33,965 nt of DNA from Acaryochloridaceae cyanobacterium VAR_48_metabat_390 (GTDB taxonomy: Bacteria; Cyanobacteriota; Cyanobacteriia; Thermosynechococcales; Thermosynechococcaceae): NCBI GenBank assembly GCA_031422435.1, contig JANPLU010000026.1:1-33965 (forward strand), in the 5' to 3' direction. The position numbers and the translations under genes are program-made. The first letter of the stretch is position 1, and the number at the start of each line of letters is the position of its first letter. Of this stretch, positions 11,181 to 19,408 are shown in pieces. Below the pieces are notes generated by a model. That model ran no database searches and was not told the DNA's origin. It worked only from the letters and a program-made list of their open reading frames with translations.

Positions 11181-11259
11181 GGAATCCATGAGGTTACAGG
11201 TTGGGATGGGGCTTCGACTCCCTATCGCCAGAGTCGAGGCTACGCCAACGATGGATTCC
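11181..11259. repeat. Nested inverted-repeat (long hairpin) element between convergent genes; terminator or small REP-like repeat
   Basis: GGAATCCAT/ATGGATTCC outer arms, GTTGG/CCAAC middle arms, GCTTCGACTC/GAGTCGAGGC inner stem. Confidence 0.55.
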
Positions 11260-11299
11260 CCTGGCAAACTCAGGATGCAGCAGGGATTGCGAGGACTTT

Positions 11300-12238
11300 T
11301 TAGGGTTGTTCCGGTGGTATAAAAATAGCGTACTGCCCTCTGCCCCTTTGTTTTGCTTGATATAAGGCTATATCCGCATCCTTAATCAAATCTGCCGCCT
11401 GTCGATACCGGAACGCGCTTAGCACCACTCCCATGCTAATGCCGCACTGAATTAACTCCCCTGACAGCGTAAATGGGGCGCGTACTTTCTCTTGAATACG
11501 CTCAGCAACGTTTTTAACCTCAGCAATGCTCGTAATGCTATCAAGCAAAATGGTAAATTCATCGCCACCCAATCGCGCTACCGTATCGTTGGCACGCACA
11601 CAGCTTTTAAGAATTTCGGCGATCGCCTTTAAAAGCTGGTCGCCCATGTCGTGTCCGTAGCGATCGTTTACCTGTTTGAAAAAGTCTAAGTCCAGAAAAA
11701 ACACGGCGAAAAACAGCTTAGGAAATCGCCGGAACCGCCGTAGTGACATTTCAAGGCGGTCTGTAAAGAGGTTTCGGTTCGGTAGCCCCGTCAAGGCATC
11801 ATGAAACGCATCGTGGCGCAAATCAGCTTCACGCTGCTGACGCTCGCTCATATCTCGAATAAAAACCATAGCCTGATCCTTTGAGAACGGGATAACCCGC
11901 GCTTCATAGTAGGTTTTTCCCTCCGCCCCTGGCAGAGAATACTCTAAATATTCGGCAGCTTGAGTGCAAAAGACCTGCTCTAAGGTTCGCTCAAAGGCTG
12001 CACCAACCTGTAACGGCAAAAAATCCTGAATGTTTTTTCCCGCCCATTCTCGGGTCGTCAGATAAAGTGCTGAATGCAATGGAGCCTTATAGTCTAGAAT
12101 TCGACCTTCTGGATCTAAGGCAAGGCATACGTCTGGAAAAACCTCAAAGAAAGGAGCAGGCACAGTACAGATCCTTAAAAGTAAAGATACGCTGCGTAAG
12201 ATGTGGCAAGGGCAGGATACAGCCCCACCTCCGATCAA
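11300..12238 (-). CDS. PAS-GGDEF diguanylate cyclase
   Basis: PAS (LDPEGRILDY...FIRDMSERQ), HDALTGLPNR, DLDFFKQVND, RAND I-site, RLGGDEF active site; true start probably downstream of 12238. Confidence 0.9.
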   Translation of the reverse strand: MIGGGAVSCPCHILRSVSLLLRICTVPAPFFEVFPDVCLALDPEGRILDYKAPLHSALYLTTREWAGKNIQDFLPLQVGAAFERTLEQVFCTQAAEYLEYSLPGAEGKTYYEARVIPFSKDQAMVFIRDMSERQQREADLRHDAFHDALTGLPNRNLFTDRLEMSLRRFRRFPKLFFAVFFLDLDFFKQVNDRYGHDMGDQLLKAIAEILKSCVRANDTVARLGGDEFTILLDSITSIAEVKNVAERIQEKVRAPFTLSGELIQCGISMGVVLSAFRYRQAADLIKDADIALYQAKQRGRGQYAIFIPPEQP

Positions 12239-12341
12239 CGATTAAATTGCGTATGATGAAAATCGAAATCTAAAAATTAACCATACTCCCAAAAGACGAG
12301 AAGTCAAACCTTAATTCACACCTTAAAGTGAGAGAAAACCC

Positions 12342-13022
12342 ATGAAGGCACTGGTTGTTGGAGCTACAGGTGAGACGGGACGCCGGATTGTGCAGCAGCT
12401 TACGGCGCAAAATATTTCCGTGCGGGCACTCGTGCGAGACCGAACCCGAGCGCAGGAAATATTGCCAGCCTCCACCGAAATTGTGGTGGGGGATGTGCTG
12501 GAGCCAAAGACTTTAGAAGCGGCGATCGCTACGCACCAAGAGTCCACAGACTGCACCGTTATTTTTTGTGCAACGGGTGCAAAACCCAGCCTCAACCCGT
12601 TTGAACCCTACCAAGTCGATTATGAGGGCACCAAAAACTTAGTGGATGCCGCCAAAGCGCACCAGATCCAGCACTTTGTATTGGTTTCGTCGCTTTGTAC
12701 CTCACAGTTTTTCCATCCGCTGAACTTATTTTGGCTGATTCTGGTCTGGAAACAGCAGGCCGAGCAGTACCTTCAGCGCAGTGGGCTAACCTACACCATC
12801 GTGCGCCCTGGGGGACTCAAGAATACAGAAGATCGCCCTCCCATCGTGATGTCTAGTGCCGACACCCTATTTGAGGGCAGCATTTCACGGGATCAGGTGG
12901 CGCAGGTTTGCGTTGAGGCACTTTCTTACCCATCGGCTCAAAATAAGATTGTTGAAATTGTGGCTCGCCCAGAAGCCGTTGAGCAGTCTTTTTCTGAACT
13001 GTTTGCAGGGGTTACAGCTTAG
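12342..13022 (+). CDS. Atypical SDR / NAD(P)H-binding oxidoreductase (NmrA/Tic62-like)
   Basis: GATGETG Rossmann motif, VDYEGTKNLVDAAK, YTIVRPGGL. Confidence 0.88.
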   Translation: MKALVVGATGETGRRIVQQLTAQNISVRALVRDRTRAQEILPASTEIVVGDVLEPKTLEAAIATHQESTDCTVIFCATGAKPSLNPFEPYQVDYEGTKNLVDAAKAHQIQHFVLVSSLCTSQFFHPLNLFWLILVWKQQAEQYLQRSGLTYTIVRPGGLKNTEDRPPIVMSSADTLFEGSISRDQVAQVCVEALSYPSAQNKIVEIVARPEAVEQSFSELFAGVTA

Positions 13023-13026
13023 CTGG

Positions 13027-13803
13027 ATGACGCATTCTAAATCTTTCAAGTCTACCCCGCCATCCTTTCCGGATGAGTCCGCTACTCGCCCTTTGCTGAT
13101 TCGGTTAGGCGCAGCGGTTTTTAGACAGAGCGGCAAAATTGCTGTAGCAAGCTTTCGGCAGTTTCAGTCCCTTGGCCTGCGTAATCAGGCCATTGCCGGG
13201 GGGCTTTTAGGTTCAGTGCTTCTCCTTCAGTTTTCTATCATCCCTTCTCTTGAGCGCCCTCCCTCCGTGAGCCGCTCTGCTTACCCGCCCCTAGCCATGA
13301 ATAGCGGCGATCCCTATATTCGTGCCTTGATGCGCACTATTTCTGTAAGCGAGTCGAATGATGTTAATCCCTATGGGCTACTGTATGGCGGTGCCTATTT
13401 TTCAGAGTGGGAGAAGCATCCTGACCGCTGTATTCCCATTGTGGCGGGGCCTAACGTCGGAGACTGCACCACCGCAGCGGGTCGCTATCAGTTTATTACG
13501 ACCACCTGGCAAGAAAAAGCGCAGCAGTATCACCCTAACTCTCAGAGCTGGCTGTTTTGGCAGCAGTATACCTTTGACCCTGAGAGCCAAGATCGGGTGG
13601 TCTACCGCTGGTTAGTCGATACAGAAGCCTGGAATATGGACATTCGTGCCCAGCTTAAGGCCGGACGGTTGCGCGACGTGCTTAAAACCCTATCTGGAAC
13701 TTGGACGAGTCTGGGCTATGGCATTGAAACCAACGATATGACGCCCTACCTCAGTGAGATGTACCAAAAGTTCTTAAAAGAAGAAAAAGCTAAGGCTGTC
13801 TAG
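13027..13803 (+). CDS. Lambda-lysozyme-like muramidase/lytic transglycosylase (GH24/GH104-like) with N-terminal hydrophobic anchor
   Basis: RALMRTISVSES (catalytic Glu helix), TAAGRYQF, FDPESQD, WTSL motifs; ATG 13027 is 4 bp after the SDR stop. Confidence 0.8.
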   Translation: MTHSKSFKSTPPSFPDESATRPLLIRLGAAVFRQSGKIAVASFRQFQSLGLRNQAIAGGLLGSVLLLQFSIIPSLERPPSVSRSAYPPLAMNSGDPYIRALMRTISVSESNDVNPYGLLYGGAYFSEWEKHPDRCIPIVAGPNVGDCTTAAGRYQFITTTWQEKAQQYHPNSQSWLFWQQYTFDPESQDRVVYRWLVDTEAWNMDIRAQLKAGRLRDVLKTLSGTWTSLGYGIETNDMTPYLSEMYQKFLKEEKAKAV

Positions 13804-13812
13804 AAAAGAACT

Positions 13813-15675
13813 TTAGCTGCTCCTATGAGTAAACGACTGAATCCGCCGGAGCCGATTCAAAATTCGGCCTGCCAAATCATCTCCCATTACAGGCTTGGAG
13901 AGGTAGTCATCTGCGCCGACCACAAACGCTTTATTCTGAGTTTTGGCATCTTCAAGGGCACTGACAAAGAGTACGGGGAGCTGCTGCCAGTGCGGATCGC
14001 TTCTTAACACCTGGCATAGCTCTAGCCCATCAATGTCTGGCATTTTGATATCTAAAACCAGTGCATCTGGGCGAACGCTTTGCAGCACAGTCCAAAACTG
14101 CTGCGGGTCAGAGAGGGTTGTCACCTTAAATCGCCAGGGTTCAAGCAGGGCAGGCAGACTGCGGAGCCAAAGATCGTCATCGTCTACAAACATGACCTTT
14201 ACATCAGCGCTCGGAGGCGGCACTAAGCGAATCGCATAGGTGACGATTTGTGCAAAGGTGACAGACTGTTCTAGGACAAAAGTTCCGCCCCACCGCGATA
14301 CCTCTCGACGCTGGGTGAGGGTATCTTGATCTGCCACCGTGAGAATCGGAATTTTGGGGAGATAGTCTGCAAGGGTTTGTAAACACTCTCGGCGCTGGGT
14401 TGGGTCAGAGAGTCGCAGCACAATGACATCGGGCGTGGAGTTTGCCAAGGACTGGTACGCCACTTCTAACGTGGGGGCGATCGCGCTTTTAATGCCATGC
14501 TGACTGGCAATTTCTGCTAAAGCCTGGGTAAAGCCAGCGTCCGCATCAATAATGAGCATTGCTAAAGAATATTGGGCGACAGCAGGCTGCATCTGAAGGG
14601 TGAATGTAGACTGAATTTCCTGCTGGAGCTTGGAGACTAGGGTTTGTAGAGTAGCGACCTGTTCTGGGTGGCTCAGTTCAACGCTATTAAGTAAGTCTTC
14701 TAAACGACGGGCAAGGTGTTCAGCTTGGGTAAGGCCAAATACGCCTAAGGTACCCACCAGCTTATGGGCGATGGAATGTGTCTGCTGGTGAAGCGGCTTG
14801 GTCAATATACCTGTCTGAAGTGCCTGTACTGCCTGAGAGAGAATTTCGACCTGTTCTAGACAGCGGGGCTGGGTACTGAGCCAAGTTTCGTTAAGAAAAG
14901 CAGCGTACTGAAGGGTTTGGGTGGAATCTCGGTTTGCGCCTAAGGTTGCAAGACTAGGTGCTGCCTCTGGAACGGGCTGCGGTGAGGGCGCTAGGGGCTG
15001 ATTAAAAGACTTGAGATAGTACCCGCGCCCATAGAGGGTGCCAATAAAGTCGTGGGGGGCACCTGCTTCCTGGAGTTTGGAGCGCAAGCGCCGGATGTGC
15101 GATCGCACCGTAGCCTCTGCGGGGAAATCATCAGAAGACCAGAGGCGATCTAAGATTTCATCATTGCTCATGACATGGCGACTGTCCTGAAGCAGCAGCT
15201 CAATCAGTTCATACTCCTTTGTCGTGAGATTGAGCGGCCGACCGTCATAGGTCACTTCACAGGTGACGGGGTCGAGCAGCAGATCGCCCCAGCTCATTAA
15301 CAGAGAGGGGGTTGCACTACAGCGGCGCAGCAGCGCCCGAATCCGCGCAATCAGTTCCTCCACGTCAAAGGGTTTAATGACATAGTCATCTGCGCCTGCA
15401 TTTAGCCCCTGGATTTTGGCAGCGCTGCTGTCTTGAGCAGTCAGCAGCACGATAGGGGTGGTGTATTCCTCGGCACGGAACCGCTGACATAGCGTCATTC
15501 CGTCTACCTTGGGCACCATCGTATCCATCACAATAAGGTCGTACTCAAAGGTAGAGCCGTAAACCCAGCCCATTTCGCCATCCCGTACCGCATCTACCAC
15601 ATAGCGATGCGCCGTTAGGCTTTTGGTCAATAGCGAAATGATGGCTTCATCATCTTCTATTAGCAAAATTTTCAT
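13813..15675 (-). CDS. Multidomain response regulator REC-wHTH-Hpt-pseudoREC-REC (RcaC-like architecture)
   Basis: REC D51 (LIVMD), OmpR wHTH (TVRSHIRRLRSKL...GRGY), Hpt AHKLVGTLGVFG (H304), degenerate REC (PDVIVLR), C-terminal REC (PDALVLD...YLSKP). Confidence 0.88.
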   Translation of the reverse strand: MKILLIEDDEAIISLLTKSLTAHRYVVDAVRDGEMGWVYGSTFEYDLIVMDTMVPKVDGMTLCQRFRAEEYTTPIVLLTAQDSSAAKIQGLNAGADDYVIKPFDVEELIARIRALLRRCSATPSLLMSWGDLLLDPVTCEVTYDGRPLNLTTKEYELIELLLQDSRHVMSNDEILDRLWSSDDFPAEATVRSHIRRLRSKLQEAGAPHDFIGTLYGRGYYLKSFNQPLAPSPQPVPEAAPSLATLGANRDSTQTLQYAAFLNETWLSTQPRCLEQVEILSQAVQALQTGILTKPLHQQTHSIAHKLVGTLGVFGLTQAEHLARRLEDLLNSVELSHPEQVATLQTLVSKLQQEIQSTFTLQMQPAVAQYSLAMLIIDADAGFTQALAEIASQHGIKSAIAPTLEVAYQSLANSTPDVIVLRLSDPTQRRECLQTLADYLPKIPILTVADQDTLTQRREVSRWGGTFVLEQSVTFAQIVTYAIRLVPPPSADVKVMFVDDDDLWLRSLPALLEPWRFKVTTLSDPQQFWTVLQSVRPDALVLDIKMPDIDGLELCQVLRSDPHWQQLPVLFVSALEDAKTQNKAFVVGADDYLSKPVMGDDLAGRILNRLRRIQSFTHRSS

Positions 15676-15822
15676 GGTTACGGCCCCCAGTGGAGAATTT
15701 TAGAGATTTGACCCCTTAGCTTAGCCCTAGCGTTGAGATTGTTGTTACTGCACGTTGCTAATGTTAAAAGCTAGATTAATTACCGTCGTAAAACTTAAAG
15801 GTCTAATCGCGGTGACAAATGT

Positions 15823-16596
15823 ATGGACGTTATAGCGCTGGCGCTCCCGTGGCTGCTGCTCTTTTTGGCAAGCGTTATGTCAGGGGCACTCAATGGCGTA
15901 GCGGGAGGGGGTAGCTTTATCTCGTTTCCTGCCCTCATTTTTGCAGGGTTGCCGCCCATCAATGCCAACGCAACCAACAATACCGGAACTTGGGTTGGAT
16001 ACCTCGCCAGTCTCTATGCCTACCGTGAAGATCGAGGGGTGAGATCGCAGGAGTTTTGGCGTTTAGTCTTTATCAGCTTGGTGGGGGGCATGATTGGCTC
16101 TTTGCTATTGCTGAAAACGCCCCAAGTCCTCTTTGTAAGGCTAGTGCCTTATCTATTGCTAGCGGCAACGGCACTTTTTGCGCTGAATCCGTGGTTCAAG
16201 AAGCTTCAGAAAAAGCGGGTAGTGCGACCTTCTCTCGTGAGGATGTTTGTTCTGCGGATTTTTCAGATGGCGATCGCCATCTACGGCGGTTTCTTTGGCG
16301 GGGGCGTAGGTATTTTGCTATTGGCGCTGTTCGGCCTCATGGGAATGGAAGACATCCATGAGATGAATGCGCTGAAGACCGTTTTAAGCACCTGCATCAA
16401 CGGTATTGCAATGGTGACATTTATTGTCTCAGGAGCCGTGATTTGGCCTTACGCCATTTTGATGTCTGTGGGGACGCTATTGGGAGGCTATTGGGGGGTT
16501 TACTACGTTCGTAAAGTGGATCCAAAACTGGTGCGCTGGTTTGTAATTGCGGTAGGGCTGGGGATGACGCTCTACTTTTTTGTCAAAACGCAATAA
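15823..16596 (+). CDS. TauE/SafE (TSUP) family membrane transporter
   Basis: LNGVAGGGSFISFPAL, ANATN, YGGFFGGGVG motifs; about 8 hydrophobic segments. Confidence 0.88.
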   Translation: MDVIALALPWLLLFLASVMSGALNGVAGGGSFISFPALIFAGLPPINANATNNTGTWVGYLASLYAYREDRGVRSQEFWRLVFISLVGGMIGSLLLLKTPQVLFVRLVPYLLLAATALFALNPWFKKLQKKRVVRPSLVRMFVLRIFQMAIAIYGGFFGGGVGILLLALFGLMGMEDIHEMNALKTVLSTCINGIAMVTFIVSGAVIWPYAILMSVGTLLGGYWGVYYVRKVDPKLVRWFVIAVGLGMTLYFFVKTQ

Positions 16597-16912
16597 GGGA
16601 CTTCCAAAAAATCGTTTTAGCAAGCTGAGGATGGATTGGTTATTGCGGTAGAGCCTTTTCCCTATGCATAAAAAAGAACGCCATGCTCTTGTGTCGTTTT
16701 CTAGGTGTCCTTTTCAAATATGCCCACCACCCCAGTGAAGGGGACGATTACATTGTTTGGCAATAAAGCAGTGTAATTTTCGCTCCCAAACATCATTTTG
16801 TCTCTATTCACATAGAATGTTTTTCCCTAGCAGCACTACCCCTAAAGTGAAAATAGGGCATCTACCCTTCCGACAGCACTTCTATCTGACGGAACTGGTA
16901 GAAATACAACCT

Positions 16913-17557
16913 ATGTATGACTCCTCTGCCATTAAAGATAAAAGGCTACTGTTCGTTGATGATGACGCAAATCTTGTCCTTCTGGTCAAAGACTATCTAG
17001 CGCTAAAAGGGTATGTCGTTGTCACTGCAATAAATGGTTGGGATGCTCTACAAGCTATCAACCACAACATTCCTGACCTGATCATTTGTGATGTAATGAT
17101 GCCTAGGATGGATGGATATGAACTGCTCGAAAAAGTACGAGAAAATCCACAGACTTATGGAATCCCCTTTCTGTTCCTCTCGTCAAAGGGATACAGCCAA
17201 GATCGCATCGCTGGGTTAGGCAAAGGGGCTGACGTATATATGGTTAAGCCCTTTGAACCCGATGAGCTACTCGCACAGATTGAAGCCTCATTAAATCAGG
17301 CATACCGTTTAAAGCACCATCAAGCGCCGCATCTGGAGAATGCCTTTTCTCTGTTCCCTGTGGATGTTGGGCTAACAGCATCAGAGCAGCACATTATTAA
17401 GCTGGTGGCAAAGGGCTTGATCAATCGCGAAATCGCGAAAAACTTAACGATAAGCCTGCGAACTGTTGAAAGCCACATTAGCAATATGTTGAGTAAAACA
17501 GGGCTTCGTAATCGCACGGAATTGACGCGCTGGGCAAGTGAGCATCATAGGCTCTAG
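16913..17557 (+). CDS. REC-LuxR response regulator, Rre1/Ycf29-like
   Basis: DDDANLVLLVKDYL, IICDVMMP, GADVYMVKPFEPDEL, LuxR HTH NREIAKNLTISLRTVESHISNMLSKTGLRNRTELTRWA; likely start ATG 16913. Confidence 0.88.
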   Translation: MYDSSAIKDKRLLFVDDDANLVLLVKDYLALKGYVVVTAINGWDALQAINHNIPDLIICDVMMPRMDGYELLEKVRENPQTYGIPFLFLSSKGYSQDRIAGLGKGADVYMVKPFEPDELLAQIEASLNQAYRLKHHQAPHLENAFSLFPVDVGLTASEQHIIKLVAKGLINREIAKNLTISLRTVESHISNMLSKTGLRNRTELTRWASEHHRL

Positions 17558-17644
17558 TGAAATATATTCTTCGCTAAACTTGCACAATGTCTATTCACTA
17601 GAATTCCATCGCTAAGGCTTTCACGGTAACTAGAAAAATAAACA

Positions 17645-19345
17645 ATGAAAAACTCATCAATCCTAATCGTTGATGACGAGCCTGGCAATTTTCTTGTTAT
17701 TGAAGCTCTTTTAGGCAATCAAGATTATCAGCTACATTATGCTGCGAGCGGGTATGAGGCATTAGACTCCCTCAGCTCGATTCAGCCGGACGTAATCTTG
17801 CTAGATGTAATGATGCCAGTTCTAAACGGCTTGGAAGTCTGTGAGAAAATTACGGCCATGCCCCTGTGGCGGGCTATCCCCATCATTATGGTGACTGCCC
17901 TTACCAATAAAGAAGTGCTTTCCCGCTGCCTAAAAGCGGGGGCCTCTGACTATATCACCCAGCCTGTGGGAGGAGTCGAACTCCGAGCCAAGGTTCACTC
18001 TATGCTCAGAATTAAGCATCAGCATGATGACCTTCAAGCGGCGCTTAAACGACAAGAATCTTTAGAAGCTGAAAAAGTGGGGTTCCTAGAAAATTACAAT
18101 ATTAAATTAGTTCAGCAGGTGGAAGAGCGGACTGCCATCCTCAAAGCAACCCTGGAACGGGAACAGTTAGTCGCCAGAATTGCGACTCAAATTCGTTCGT
18201 CTTTACATTTACAAGAGATCCTTGAGACGACCGTTCAAGAAGTACGTTCTCTCTTAGGCTGTGATTACGCTATTATTTGGCGGTTTCAAGCAGACTGGAG
18301 TGCAACTGTGGTGGCAAATGCGATCGCATCTGGTTTGCCTTGCGCTATGGGAGAGCAGGTCTACGTTCGTCAGTTCTCTCCAGACTGGATTGCGCTGTAT
18401 CTCAAAGGGCAGATTCGCGTCGTCACGGATACCGATGCAGCAGAGGTTGAGGATTGCCGTCAAGAATCATTAGAGAAACTTCAAATCCGAGCAAAAATTC
18501 TGGTGCCTATTCTCCAGGGAGATCATTTGTGGGGCCTTCTGAGTGTTGCCCAGCGTCAGACCCCACGGCAGTGGCATCCCCATGAAACCACGTTGCTGAA
18601 GCAGCTTGCTACGCAACTGGCGATCGCCATCCAAAACGCCTGCCTCTTTGAGCAGGTGCGGGGCGATCGCGAACGACTAAAATGCCTTTCTAGCCGTCTC
18701 ATCGAAGCCCAAGAAATAGAACGTCGTCATATTGCCTACGAACTCCACGATGAAATTGGACAGGCGCTCACCGCAGTCAAGATTAATCTCCAGGCTTCAC
18801 AGCGATCGCTGAGTGCCGCTGGCGAACCCCTTGCCCTGCAGGAGAGCATTGCGATTGTGGACGGGGCGCTTCAGCAAGTCCGCAACCTTGCCCTAGATTT
18901 GCGCCCTTCAATATTGGATGATCTCGGGTTATTGGCAGCCCTACGCTGGTATCTAGACCGCCAGTCGCAGCGAACAAAAACGCCGATTAACTTTGTTTGT
19001 GGCGTTGGTCAGATCGCCCTTCCACCCAATTTAGAAATGGTCTGCTTCCGCATTGTGCAAGAGGCTTTAAACAATATTGCTAAACACGCCCAGGCAACGC
19101 ACGTTACGGTGCAGCTCAATCAGCAGCAGGAGACGATACACTTAACCATTCGGGATGATGGCATCGGGTTTAATGTTGAAGCCGCCCAGAGGCAGGCCGC
19201 TCGTGGTTCTAGTCTGGGGCTACTGGGCATGGAAGAGCGAGCTACCTTGGTGGGTGGAGAACTTCGGATCGTCTCTACCTCTGGAAAGGGCACTAAAATT
19301 AACGCCGCGTTTCCTATCAATTTTTTTATGGTGGAGCCTCCATAG
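17645..19345 (+). CDS. Cytoplasmic hybrid sensor kinase REC-GAF-HisKA_3-HATPase
   Basis: REC D54; phytochrome-type GAF aa ~188-335; H-box ERRHIAYELHDEIGQ (H368); N box QEALNNIAKHA; DDGIGF; GLLGMEER; no TM segments seen. Confidence 0.9.
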   Translation: MKNSSILIVDDEPGNFLVIEALLGNQDYQLHYAASGYEALDSLSSIQPDVILLDVMMPVLNGLEVCEKITAMPLWRAIPIIMVTALTNKEVLSRCLKAGASDYITQPVGGVELRAKVHSMLRIKHQHDDLQAALKRQESLEAEKVGFLENYNIKLVQQVEERTAILKATLEREQLVARIATQIRSSLHLQEILETTVQEVRSLLGCDYAIIWRFQADWSATVVANAIASGLPCAMGEQVYVRQFSPDWIALYLKGQIRVVTDTDAAEVEDCRQESLEKLQIRAKILVPILQGDHLWGLLSVAQRQTPRQWHPHETTLLKQLATQLAIAIQNACLFEQVRGDRERLKCLSSRLIEAQEIERRHIAYELHDEIGQALTAVKINLQASQRSLSAAGEPLALQESIAIVDGALQQVRNLALDLRPSILDDLGLLAALRWYLDRQSQRTKTPINFVCGVGQIALPPNLEMVCFRIVQEALNNIAKHAQATHVTVQLNQQQETIHLTIRDDGIGFNVEAAQRQAARGSSLGLLGMEERATLVGGELRIVSTSGKGTKINAAFPINFFMVEPP

Positions 19346-19408
19346 CCCTATAGGAGAACGTTAGCGATCGCAGCCGCTCTTTAATCACTGTCACCGTAAT
19401 CGCAACCT

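Noticed and set aside
12856..13026. ORF-track N-terminal extensions (muramidase 12856; also 2147, 16757, 21654, 29315, 31908)
   Set aside because: They overlap neighbours or regulatory DNA and show no family similarity; downstream starts fit better
13027..13803. Prophage remnant implied by the lysozyme
   Set aside because: No holin, structural or integrase genes; tightly flanked by host genes
16725..16858. CACyACCCC..AGTGAA..GGG similarity at 16725 and 16834
   Set aside because: Requires gaps and is low complexity; too weak to call a binding site
17580..17586. TTGCACA, half of the RcaC L-box
   Set aside because: No second TTGCACA at the 4-bp spacing; a single 7-mer is expected by chance
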